DNA of 64,000 nucleotides from Syncephalis fuscata S228 (Eukaryota; Fungi; Zoopagomycota), in contig JAHLTZ010000023.1 in the NCBI GenBank assembly GCA_025786725.1, forward strand, positions 310,001 to 374,000, in the 5' to 3' direction. Made by a program: the position numbers and the translations under genes. The notes under the pieces are model-generated. The model was not told the DNA's origin. It was given only the letters and a program-made list of their open reading frames with translations, and made no database searches. Positions 39,965-53,781 of the stretch are shown here, in pieces. The stretch's first letter is position 1, and the number at the start of each line of letters is the position of its first letter.

Positions 39965-42900
39965 TTATGATGTTTCCATGGGTGTAAATATAGTATTTGT
40001 ATCTTCTTCCTTAACTGCTAGCTCAATAGTTGGAGAAGAAGGATCAATTGGTATTAGTGCGTCTGTAGATATATGATCTTCTTCGATTAAATCACCATCT
40101 TTTACCAATGGTAACTCTGCTGTAGACGCCAGTTCTGTCATCGATGGTAGCGTCGTTGATGCTTGAGATAAATCATCAAGTTTGGTTGTAGACTGTTGAC
40201 TATCGTAAAATGGCTGTGACCGTGCTGCAGTTGATGCAGTTGATAAATTACGTAAGAAATCTTCAACTCGTTCTAGATCCAATGCATCACCATCACTTTC
40301 TACAGCTGTAGTTAGTGTATCTAATTGTTGATCAACTAGCGTTAATGGAACACGTGAACATGCAGCAATTAGTCGACGGTAGCGCGCTTCTTTTTCCATA
40401 TCACGGCCCCGAGTTGACCATTGTTCTATTTGTTCCTTTAAAGCAGTATCCCTTGTCTCATACACGGCTAATTGTAACCGTAATTGTGCTAATGATAATG
40501 GCTGTGTAGGATTTAATAAAAGCTCTTCCTCCTCCTCCTCTTCTTCTTCATGGTCAGCAGTGTTATCTTTATTATATTCATTGCTCTTTTCTTTCTTTTC
40601 TAATCGCTCGTTTAACTGTACAGTTAACGTTTTAATACGTAATTCAAGCTGTGATAAATATCGACCACGAGCCCGTGATTGTTGTGCTTTTCCTCGAAGA
40701 TCAGCCAATTCATGGGTGGCCTCTCTTAATCGTTGTTGTGCTTCTAGAAGCTGTTCCTTTTTAAGCCGTAGTGCAGTATCAAAATCATTGTCCATATCAG
40801 TTACAAGCCGCTCCACCACTATTGTTACAATAAAGAGTAAGTAGATTGTTTGGTTTTAGATTAGGCTAATAGTTACCGGCCAATAGCTCTCGACTTCGAG
40901 CATCTCCGGCCGTTGTACGTGTACGTGTATCGGGTCGTTGTCGTTTACCGTAATCTTCACCGTCAATCTCCTTTCGTGACATCATGTTATACTATACATC
41001 AATAAACTAATAAATAAGCTGTCCATCATGTACAATAATATTACATACCAAATTGTTCATAACACCAAAATCATCGGGTCCTAGATCGTATCTATTGTGT
41101 AGATCACGTCGTGCTCCTGCTTCAATAAGCTGTTCCATCATCATGCGGCAACCGACACGGGCAGCTACACATAATGCTGTATCGCCATTGGTATCCTGGG
41201 CATTAAGCAATGTCGCTAGACCGCCCTCTCCTCCTACAACACTCTCTTCCTCTTCAATAAGATAGCTCAATAAACATGACATATAATAACGTGCGGCCAT
41301 GACGCGTCCTTTTATGCCAGCATGTAAGGCAATATGATGAAAGACAGTACGGTCACGCCCATCACGTAATAGAACCGATGGTCCTAGCAGTCGTAGTAGC
41401 TGAGGAAATATGTCACGTTCATAGTTATTGGTTACTAATACAGCCCGAATAAGAGCAGATTCGCCGGCATAGTTAACACGCATGACATCGGCACCACGAG
41501 CCAGTAATAAGCGCACAACTTGAAGACGAGCCAATGAAGCAGCCCAATGCAGTGCAGAATGTCCCTGATCATCAATAACAATATTGACATCGAGTACATC
41601 AAGTGAATCGTCATTCAATAAAACATCTGGCATATAATTCGGGTCGTCATTAAGAAATATCGACATAAGAGCGCTGCGTTGCTCGTCTTTACTGGCCATC
41701 GATGTTGTTACACGGCTGTGCATCAAGTTAGCCGATGTATTATTGTCATTGTCATCATCAATATGTTCATTATCTAGTTGATATATAATTAGTAGATATA
41801 GCATTGTTGGTAATATTTATTTACCAATAGCCGTGTGTGAACCAGTCAGTGCAGAGGCGGTTGTATCAAGTGTCGTAATGGCCGGTGTAAATGGCACAGG
41901 TGACAGTGGAGGGAAAGAGGGTCGAATAGGACGTGGTGATGAAAATGGAGACTGTAATTGTGCTTCATCGTCTAAATGATCAGACCGCTTTACTCTCTTC
42001 GCATTAGTTCCGTAGTAATAGCGATTTGTATTCAACTCAGTAGATTTAGATGATGTCATCGTATCACTAGATGAAAAGGCAAAAACTTCTTCATTTGTAC
42101 GTTTATATGACATTGCTGAACTATTAGGCTCGCGATCATTAATATTTTTAGTTAAACTTTCACTTTCTTCATCGTCGACCATTGTATCTTCGTATCTTCT
42201 CGTACGATAACCTGTTGAATCGATAGAGCGACTAAATAAAGAAGAAGAAGGATAATTATGTACATTGTTATTAAATGATGACGATGGTGACGATGACGAT
42301 AATGACAATTGATCTTGTAGTTGCATTTGATCTTTGTTAATTATATTTGAATATGTAGCTGTAGATCGTTGTTGTTGTGTCGGTAAATTACGTGGTGTAA
42401 AAGGCATAGATCTGCTACTTGTATTTATTTGTGTGGAAGTAGTAGGTGTGGAAGGTACCATAGTGGATGAATAGTGCGATGAACGAAGGATGGAAGAAGG
42501 CGGTGAAGATCGACGTGTCCTAGATGAATGTTGTTGATAGTCGGTACCATCAATAGAAGCACTAATAGACGAAAGTAAATTGGTATTACTATGACGGGTA
42601 GGTGTAGTAGCCGTGGTATTATCGGTATTAGTCATATGGTGCGTATTACGTGTTATGACTGATAGACCCGTCGATGGCGTATAATGCTGTGGTGTTGCCG
42701 ATTTATTTCGATGAAAAGCTGACATTGCTTGTTCTTTGGTCGGTGTTCTATCAACACTGCCCTCCTCTTGCGTTGGCTGATAGTCAAATAGTGGTCGTAG
42801 ATAGGATCAACGCCATATTGTTGGGCCAATTCAATGCCGCGATGGAATGGGACCCAAGTGCCCTGGTATTTGCCATAGCCTCCTTGAACCTTTTCATGCT

Positions 42901-43075
42901 CACCGGTCAGTACTTCGCGTTCAAGTATCTTTGTACGTCGACCTTTCTCAACGCCGGCTACTTTAAGTATCTGTGTAGCATTGAGGCAATGGTCCGATCG
43001 CCGTTTCATAACAGCGATTCCTCGGCACATCATCTCATACACCGGAATGCTCGAGTAAACTGCCGTATAAATCAT
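39965..43075 (-). CDS. APSES/KilA-N plus ankyrin G1/S transcription factor (Mbp1/Swi4/Res1/Res2 family)
   Basis: IYTAVYSSIPVYEM...LNATQILKVAG...HEKVQGGYGKYQGTWVP, DDQGHSALHWAASLA, AGESALIRAV, LLNAQDTNGDTAL, C-terminal YRRLIAACS. Frame break at about 42800. Confidence 0.95.
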
Positions 43076-43399
43076 GCTGTACTATATACGCCGTGCTTAT
43101 AAAATAAAAGTAACACGATGGTTTGGCTGAAAGCGTAGCATAGAGAGGTAGAGATGGATGTGGTGTGTGTATATATACGTAGTGAATCACAAGAAAGAGT
43201 TTAAAGATAATCACATGGACGCATGATTTTGGTCCAATATAAATTATGTAGATTATTACGGAATTGAGTATTCGTATTATTAATGTTACTATATTATGTA
43301 TGATCTAAAGTATTGTATTTATTGTTTAATAATTGTATTATAATGATCGTAGTAATAGTATCAAGTAAATGGAGTAAAGAAGCTGTATGGTTTTGGTTT

Positions 43400-43494
43400 T
43401 ACTTTGACTCTTACATTTGGAGTCCTCAAAGCAAATTTCGTTCCAATTAAAGTCATGCTGTTATGCATAACAAAACACAAGTATAGTGTTTTCA
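43400..43494 (-). ncRNA. Putative omegaRNA scaffold remnant (three hairpins) at the 3' end of the Fanzor remnant
   Basis: Minus strand reads aaaacac-tatactt-gtgtttt, gttatgc-ataaca-gcatgac, cttt-gag-gactc-caaatgtaa-gagtc-aaag. The position matches where Fanzor/TnpB omegaRNAs lie. Confidence 0.45.
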
Positions 43495-43975
43495 TTTGAT
43501 TACTTGAAATTCACGAGGCCGATCATTATTGTTGTTAGTCATGCGTAGAAAGATTGATTGAATATTAATAAAAGTCATTGATTGCGATTCCATATCGTTC
43601 CGCAGTTGTTGTTATTGTTACTACGTACAGTGTAATTTCTTTGCGTCTGAATGGTTTCTTCTATTTTTCAATCTTCTACTGTTGCATTTTGGGCGTATTT
43701 GCAATGTAAAATACTCGTCTATGGTGACAAAGAAGGTAGGACAACTAGCGTTTTTAATGTTCGCTATTCTCTTGAGCATTCTTGGTATCAACTTGGTAGG
43801 CGCAGATTATTTGCTGGCCATTGAAGAAACAAATGGCCTCCACCATATGCAATAGTGATAGGTTAAGTGTCTTCACCAAGAAGATCTTGTGGTGACATTT
43901 GTAACCAGAATATACGACATGTCATTGAGGTTGCTTGAACAGGTGTTGATGTATAACAAGAGAAATAAAGACTAG
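43492..43975 (-). pseudogene. Degenerate Fanzor (eukaryotic TnpB-like RNA-guided nuclease) C-terminal RuvC/Zn-ribbon remnant
   Basis: Frame-corrected: PITIAYGG/FVSSMASK*SAPTKLIPRMLKRIANIKNASCPTFFVTIDEYFTLQIRPKCNSRRLKN...NNCGTIWNRN/MTFINIQSIFLRMTNNNNDRPREFQVIK*, versus Fanzor1 consensus IAYG..F..SM....AP.K, VDEY.TSQ.C..C, C...WNRD..AA.NI, RP..F. Contains a stop and frameshifts. Confidence 0.8.
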
Positions 43976-44633
43976 AAATTAAATAATGTTTTATATTGAT
44001 GTTCAAATACGCATGCTATTTATATTGCTATATTTGATATTATCATATAATATATTAATGAATAAAACAACTAAAAAGAAGATAAACAATAAGATAGCAA
44101 TAAGAAAAAGACGGTGAAATGAGTAAATAAAAGATGTGGGTCAAAGTACAGTGGCTCCAGCTGAATAATACAAAATATACTCTACTAAAATATCTGGGGT
44201 TCCTTATATGTGCATAGAATGCTTTAGTGGTGCATTTCTAAAACAGCACCAATTATACTCGTTTGTTTTAAATTACAGGAAAAATATGGAAATCAGCTGG
44301 ATAATCATGGTGGCGGTGACAACGATGCTGATGATGATGATGATGATGCAAAGGGTGGCCATAATATGTTTCTTCCTTCCTTCCTTCCCTCCTTACCTCC
44401 GATAACGAAGACTTTCTTGATTTAGATCTAATCAAGATGAGATGGATTCAAATAAAGCAGCAAACACCCATTAGGGGTTTTTGTTTCGCCTATAAGTAAA
44501 TAGAACTAAACCGTTTAGTTTTACTTTTCTTGTTCTCGGCTTTTCTTCTTTGCTACCACTGCTACTATATGACCATAGCTGTTGTTGCTATTGCTGACTC
44601 GTTTATTGAACAACTACATTTTCTATTGACACG

Positions 44634-46133
<1,500 letters not shown>

Positions 46134-46697
46134 TGCTACTGACTTTTTTGCGTAAATCCGCTTTGTTCATTATGCGTGGAACGATCCAACAAAAAAGATA
46201 TATTCTGCTTTCGGCCTTTTCTTTCTTTCAACAATATACTATTACTATTCTATTTTATATAGAATAATAAATAAATTTTAATTTCAATAGTTTTAAATTC
46301 ATCTTCTTAAATATATAATGACTTGAGATTAATGTAACTATAGCAACAATTTTTATTTACCTTTGTTCGATATTAGTATGTAATAAATATTTTATTAATT
46401 AGAAATTTGCTTTAATTTAATTAGTTATTTATTTTGAGTTAAGCTCATATTGTCATGATAATGTGCCTAAAAATACAATATGCGATCGTATTCTCTGTTA
46501 ATATCGCATGCAAATAGTCACAAAGGCAATGTATTAAATAGCAACACCTAATTACTTTATAATTGCATTTTAATACTGCTACATGCTGTCATAGCATTTA
46601 CGTGATAATTTTACATTTAAATTTGTGAATTCATATTTTGTCGGCATTTTAATGCACATAAAAAATCGTACTTTTTGATGAGACCATGGCTATTAGA

Positions 46698-47749
46698 AAT
46701 ATAAATATTACATTTTTACGATGGTCGTATTACTACAGTTCCAATATTATAATCATATTGCTATAAATATGTAATTAAAAAATATACTGCGTGATTAATT
46801 AAATCTAATAAAACTATATGTAAACAGACAGTAATAATACCTGTATTGAATACCAATGTTAAACAATAACAACAAACAACTATTAAAAATATATAACCCG
46901 TAAACACGTTAACAGTAAGCATATGAATAACTATGCTAATTAATGCGCTGTATTGCTGCTAAAATACTACAAATAATTTATACAATATTATATATATATA
47001 ATATAAAATGATAGCTTTATTCTACATCATCAAAGCTAATTATCAGTTTTTAGTTTTTTTTATTTCTACTTAGTGCCAAACAAATTATTTAGTTTATTAT
47101 AGCTGAACTACTACTATTGTCCTAATAATTAGAAATGGCAACCGGTTGACTAAGCAACACATAGTATTGAATTTGTATTTAAGCGTTATATTAGTTCTGC
47201 AGTAATTTTTTACACTAGATACATACCCATGTATCTGTTTAATAACTTATAGCTCAGCCAAATAGAGATGATAAAACATTAGAATAGCTCACATTTAGTT
47301 GTTTCAACATATTTGTACAGTCCATTGCTTTAATAAACTAGAACAAAAGCTTAAATACAACTAGTAACTAAAGTAATAAACAATAACAATTATTGCAATG
47401 ATAATGATAATAGCTTTATTTTATAGTAAATGATGCTGTAATGATAGAGAATTATTAAGGGAAAACCTGGATATTATTTCCTTTACTATGTATTATAGGC
47501 TTTTTACTCGTGTAACAATATCGTATGGTTAATTATATTGACAGCTTTTTGGCAAGGATATTGAATTGTTATTAAGTGGCTGATACTATTTAAAAGTAGG
47601 CTGAGACATGTATTATTTGCTTGCTGGTTGCAGGTAAATAGTTTACGCGTATAAGTGTCACATTGTTATATACACACAATAACTAATTATAATCACTAAA
47701 TATGGAACAATGCATAATTAGAATGTTTATTTAATATACGCTAAATTAA
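46698..47749 (+). repeat. Left arm of 1052-bp inverted repeat
   Basis: Reverse complement of 51562-52613. Paired coordinates sum to 99311 at both ends (no net indel); one substitution seen near 47673. Confidence 0.97.
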
Positions 47750-48100
47750 TACTATAATTTTGTAACAATTAGTATACACAAGCCATTATTTAATTTAATT
47801 TTGCACTTAAGTTAACCAAGCACATTACTTATAATTAAACAATATTATGATTATCAACATTAAAAAGCAACTAACATTATAGACGCTGCCAAAATTACAA
47901 ATTGTTTGGTATTATTATTATTATATTTAATTAGAATAATAACAATATATAGTTGTTGAAATTCGCTAAACATCCGATTGTTTGTTTTGCTCCGAATATT
48001 TTAGATGTGTGCAAAAAACAGCCACGCGTTAAAGAATTACAACTAATAATAAAATTAGAAATCGGGAAACAGCTTGATTCACATACTAATAGTGATTAAT

Positions 48101-51041
48101 CTAGTCGTCGGTGCTTTCAGAATCGTCGCTGTAGTCATCTTTATCTTGACGATTGCCCTTATAATAGCTAGTTGCCGCCTTCTTGGCGCCTGAGCGTGGG
48201 TGCTTGGTGGCTTTGTTGCTGCTATAATAATTGCTACCACTAGTTAAATTGCCCTCGCCCTCATCCTTGTCGCCGTTATAGTCTTTGCCGTATTTGTTAC
48301 CATCATGGGATTTGCCACCATGTTTACCGTGATGGGCTGGTGCGTGATGTGGTCTGAAGTCTTTGTGGGCCATGTCACCAGAAAAATGACTGCCTAAAAC
48401 GCCAGAGCCGTACGATGGTCTGTAGGGAGCGTAAGGTTTGTGTCCAAACTTTTCAGATTCGAAATGTGGACCACCATGACCGTAAGGGCCAGGTCCAAAC
48501 TTTTCAGATTCGAAATGTGGACGGCCATGTTGGAAATTGCCATAATGGAAATCATTTTCATGAGGATAGTTCATTCCTTCGTGGTATGAGAGTACGCCGG
48601 AGTGATGATGGTTATTGGGGAAGTCGTGATGGTTCCAGATTTGATGAGGCGGATAGATTGGCGAACGTCCATCGCTAAAAACATCATTATGTGTATTTGG
48701 TACTATAGGCACGTTATTAGTTTGAGGAACATTAGTATTAGTCTCTGAAACTGGGAGCGCATCGGAATTTGTTAGCCTTGTACCCTCTACTGAAGGTAGT
48801 ACAACTGCAGCTGGCTTTGTTGCGACTCGAGTAGGTGCTACAACAGCTGGTTGAACCTTAGTGGGTACCACAATCACAGGTGTAGGCTTTGTAGCATCTG
48901 GTCCTGCTATATTAGTCGATACAGCAATTGGAGTTGGCGATTCAATCACTGGAGTAGCAGTCTCGACGGCAACGGCTGGATTTGGTGTTGACGTATTTTC
49001 GGGAATTTTTTGTATAGGAGTAGCGACAACTTCTTTTGGACGATTATCTAAAGTATCTTCAGGCTTTGTTGCGGCCGGTTCTGGAGTCATGAGTGGGTCT
49101 TCTGCTAAAATTGGATTTCTTGCAGGAGTCGACTCAGATGCGGGTATGGACTGTGGCATAATTGGAGTTACCATCGGATCAGTTGGAGTAGGTTGCTTTT
49201 GTGATTGAAATGGTGGAGTCATTGGCTGTTGAGGAACTTCTTCAGGCTGTTGCTGAACAGGTGGAGTCATTGGCTGCTGAGAAACTTCTTCAGGCTGTGG
49301 CCGAAATGGTGGAGTCATCGGCTGTTGAGGAACTTCTTCAGGCTGTTGCTGAACAGGTGGAGTCATTGGCTGCTGAGGAACTTCTTCAGGCTGTGGCCGA
49401 AATGGTGGAGTCATTGGCTGTTGAGGAACTTCTTCAGGCTGTTGCTGAACAGGTGGAGCCATTGGCTGTTGAGGAACTTCTTCAGGCTTTGGCCGAAATG
49501 GTGGAGTCATCGGCTGTTGAGGAACTTCTTCAGGCTGTTGCTGAACAGGTGGAGTCATTGGCTGCTGAGGAACTTCTTCAGGCTGTGGCCGAAATGGTGG
49601 AGTCATCGGCTGTTGAGGAACTTCTTCAGGCTGTTGCTGAACAGGTGGAGCCATTGGCTGTTGAGGAACTTCTTCAGGCTGTGGCCGAAATGGTGGAGTC
49701 ATCGGCTGCTGAGGAACTTCTTCAGGCTGTTGCTGAACAGGTGGAGTCATTGGCTGTTGAGGAACTTCTTCAGGCTGTGGCCGAAATGGTGGAGTCATTG
49801 GCTGCTGAGGAACTTCTTCAGGCTGTTGCTGAACAGGTGGCGTCGTTTGTTCTGAAGGAGTTTCCACATTACTTGGTTGATCAGGCGTTGAAATTAATTC
49901 AACTGGTGGACTTGAAGTGACAGCCGATGATGGCCCATTATTCACTTTGAGTGGAGCAGTTGTCTCGGGTACCACTGGTGTTGCCTCAGGTGCCGATGGT
50001 GTTGCCTCAGGTACCACTGGTGTTGCCTCAGGTACCACTGGTGTCGCTTCAGGCGCCGATGGTGTTGCCTCAGGAGCGGGAGTAGTCATTGGAGCTTCGG
50101 TTTCTGGGAATGGAGTTTCGTCGATAGTTTCTTCACCTAGTACACCTGACTTGCGCGGATACGTGGATGAGCCATAGTCGTCGTAGCTACGATAGTAACC
50201 TTTGGAGTAATAGTCGTGCTTATGTGGCTTCTGCTCGTATCCTGAATCGACATCATCATATGGCAAATCGTTGTTTTCTTCGGGCAATGGCCTAAGCAAA
50301 ATGCAATTAACAAAACCTACAAATATTTAATTATGATATACATACTGTGTATCTGTTTGGGTTTTTGATGAAGCGGTAGGTGCCTTTGCTTTTTTGACTA
50401 AGTTTTGTCAGTACATGTCAAGTGTATTCTAATTATGCTTACTTACTTTTAAGTAATATAGGTTCTTGCGACAGATCACGAGCTGGTCTATAATAGAAAT
50501 TAGATGCTTGATACAAAAATTAAACAATTACTTGCCGATCATCTTTATTGTTACTCATCGGCTCTGAACTTTGAACATCAACTGGATTGTCACTTTGTTC
50601 AGATGGAGCATTGTTTTGTTTAGATGGAGTATTGTTTTGTTCAGATGGGACATCGTTTTGATTAAATGACTGGTCTTGAACATTTTGTGGTTCATCATCT
50701 GGCTGTTGTTGGAAGACATCATGTATATTTCTGTCTATTCCTCCTTCAGTAAGCAACGGATCTGTCAAACGCTCAAGGCCAAGGGACTTAACAAGGTCAG
50801 GAACTAGACCATCTTCCCGCTTGTTTTCAGTTACAGTGCGAGTAAATGTAAATGGTCTGTTAGGCTTGTTCGAAAGAGCCTGGATCTTGATTGGCCAGTT
50901 TCTAGTCTCTTTATTGGTCCTAATGATGCCATCTCGCAAAGGAGAGCCCATTGCGCCTGGCATCGTAGTAACTGCAATCGATGCTAGTCCAGCTATAGCT
51001 AGCAAAGCGGCCGAAAAGGTCACCATATTGTGAGCGACCAT
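48101..51041 (-). CDS. Secreted Pro/Gln/Glu-rich tandem-repeat protein with His/Gly/Tyr-rich tail (probable cell-wall, spore-wall or adhesin type), 4 exons
   Basis: Signal peptide MVAHNMVTFSAALLAIAGLASIA from 51041, two micro-exons at about 50488-50447 and 50397-50346, long last exon about 50291-48101. Confidence 0.85.
49203..49850 (-). repeat. 45-bp coding tandem repeat, about 14 units, alternating two variants (90-bp higher-order unit)
   Basis: PPVQQQPEEVPQQPMT and PPFRPQPEEVPQQPMT strictly alternate. Confidence 0.97.
49965..50080 (-). repeat. 21-bp coding repeat (PEATPSA / PEATPVV) about x5
   Basis: ggtgttgcctcagg recurs every 21 bp. Confidence 0.9.
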
Positions 51042-51561
51042 GCTGTATATCGGTGTAGCTGTCTTTTTTTGTTCACTGCTATTGCATACAATAAAAGCGT
51101 GGCTAATATTAAATTCAACTGTGTTTAACGAGCTTGAAAATATAATAGTCAGATAGTTTGTTTGGATGAAGGGCACAGAAGTGAAGCACAATAACGCGCA
51201 ATTATTAAAAACTTTATTACCATGCCTTTATTTCTTTTATTTTTTGCATGCCGCACGACATGGCAGAGAAAGGCTGAAGGAGAAAGTAAAATGGTCATGT
51301 TAAGGAGGTAAGGAGCAAGGGGTTTTGTGTATCCTGGTTAATTAATACCTGACTAGATCGCCCCTGACGTACATGCAAATATGCTTTCCCCTTACATAAT
51401 CTAAGGAAATTAGCCCCTTGTGATTGCATTAAATTTTATGAATCAATTAACTGCTTTTAAATTATTTTTAATTAATTATTGCAGTTTTGGATTGTTATTT
51501 TAAACTCTATGAATAAATCAATATTATTTTTAATTCATTATTATTGAAATATTTAATTTAT

Positions 51562-52613
51562 TTAATTTAGCGTATATTAAATAAACATTCTAATTATGCA
51601 TTGTTCCATATTTAGTGATTATAATTAGTTATTGTGTATATATAACAATGTGACACTTATACGCGTAAACTATTTACCTGCAACCAGCAAGCAAATAATA
51701 CATGTCTCAGCCTACTTTTAAATAGTATCAGCCACTTAATAACAATTCAATATCCTTGCCAAAAAGCTGTCAATATAATTAACCATACGATATTGTTACA
51801 CGAGTAAAAAGCCTATAATACATAGTAAAGGAAATAATATCCAGGTTTTCCCTTAATAATTCTCTATCATTACAGCATCATTTACTATAAAATAAAGCTA
51901 TTATCATTATCATTGCAATAATTGTTATTGTTTATTACTTTAGTTACTAGTTGTATTTAAGCTTTTGTTCTAGTTTATTAAAGCAATGGACTGTACAAAT
52001 ATGTTGAAACAACTAAATGTGAGCTATTCTAATGTTTTATCATCTCTATTTGGCTGAGCTATAAGTTATTAAACAGATACATGGGTATGTATCTAGTGTA
52101 AAAAATTACTGCAGAACTAATATAACGCTTAAATACAAATTCAATACTATGTGTTGCTTAGTCAACCGGTTGCCATTTCTAATTATTAGGACAATAGTAG
52201 TAGTTCAGCTATAATAAACTAAATAATTTGTTTGGCACTAAGTAGAAATAAAAAAAACTAAAAACTGATAATTAGCTTTGATGATGTAGAATAAAGCTAT
52301 CATTTTATATTATATATATATAATATTGTATAAATTATTTGTAGTATTTTAGCAGCAATACAGCGCATTAATTAGCATAGTTATTCATATGCTTACTGTT
52401 AACGTGTTTACGGGTTATATATTTTTAATAGTTGTTTGTTGTTATTGTTTAACATTGGTATTCAATACAGGTATTATTACTGTCTGTTTACATATAGTTT
52501 TATTAGATTTAATTAATCACGCAGTATATTTTTTAATTACATATTTATAGCAATATGATTATAATATTGGAACTGTAGTAATACGACCATCGTAAAAATG
52601 TAATATTTATATT
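51562..52613 (-). repeat. Right arm of 1052-bp inverted repeat
   Basis: Reverse complement of 46698-47749. Confidence 0.97.
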
Positions 52614-53781
52614 ACATTTCTACAATGATCTTATGTATTCAGAATAACAAATAATTTCATTTTGCAATATTCATAAATATTTTGCATCAATGATAAAATC
52701 TTATGCATTATAAACTCAACACTACTAATTGTACACTTTCTACTTTATATTTGTTCTATTCTGTATAATTTATCTTGCAGTAGTCGTGTACTATCCATAA
52801 CTATTGCTCGTTTGTCTCTAATTCAATTACCAATAAACTTTGATCAACTTTGTTATTGGGCATATATACGGATAAAACAAGTGATATGGGTATGCATAAA
52901 CTTATTACTTTATTAAAAAGCGTACTGAGCTAGTTATTTATGACTAATGATTGCTGGACTAGTTAATGCCAAATAAGTTGGTATGGAGCTGTAGAAAGTT
53001 TAAAAAATAAAAGAATGTAAGAATTAATATTGCAACACTGTGAGAATGTAACAGCATGGTGATATTGAAATTAAATATATTTATACAGAAGAAGAAGAAT
53101 AAATTATATAATAAATTTGATGACCAATATAGCTTATCACTTGTCCCATGTTCAATAAATAGAATGTTATTAATTTAGTCATTTACACTCAAATTACATT
53201 ATGCTTTAATTATTTAATGCTAATTACCACTTGGACACATGTTTAATAGTTTTTTTTAATGTATTGCTAGGCTAATAATAAAAGTATTATCATTAAATAC
53301 TATATTTATTGGGGCAAAATTTATATAACAATTTATTTTAATAATAGATCTTAATGCCATAAGGCTAAAAAGCAATGTTTAATTGCTATAAAGTGTAGCG
53401 AAACAAATTGTAATTTAATGCAAACAAATAATATTTCAATAATATGCTCAGTCAATTTTTAAACATTCCGTAATATTGTGATCGTATTGACTAGTAAATA
53501 AATTGTTGGTATTTCACAAAGTTGAAATGAAAATGAAATGTGAAAATATAAAAACAAATGCTTAGTATAGCATTTAGAAATAGTTAAAAGACCCACAGTG
53601 GTTTAAAGAGTCGTACTAAAGGAACGACGTGTAATGGGTTGTTGTATGGTGCTAAAATAAAGTGTGTAGGTTGAATACACGGTATAAAAATCAAACTGAA
53701 AGAAACGTTGTATGTACAAATGATTACATCGTTTACCGGCTTCGTGACAAATTGCCTATCGTTTTAGTTGATTAGAGCCGA

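Noticed and set aside
42653-43075. Viral KilA-N gene or programmed frameshift
   Set aside because: Standard fungal SBF/MBF subunit; adding one base restores DPILRPLFDYQP, consistent with other assembly indels.
49203-49850. CRISPR-like periodic array
   Set aside because: No unique spacers, in-frame coding repeat, eukaryotic context; the same applies to 13340-14335.
49201-49920. Antisense ORFs VEELLQAVAEQVESLA... (amphipathic helix-like) and WWSHWLLRNFFRLL...
   Set aside because: Automatic consequence of a stop-free 45-bp repeat. The ORFs begin and end at about the repeat edges, while the minus-strand frame extends on both sides with signal peptide and introns.
47645-51666. MCB sites (ACGCGT) in both IR arms and at about 48024, near an Mbp1-like gene
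   Set aside because: A hexamer duplicated with the arm; proximity to the TF gene has no mechanistic meaning.
46698-52613. Autonomous TIR transposon
   Set aside because: No transposase ORF inside and flanks (ggctattaga / acatttcta) show no clear target-site duplication. A non-autonomous origin stays open.
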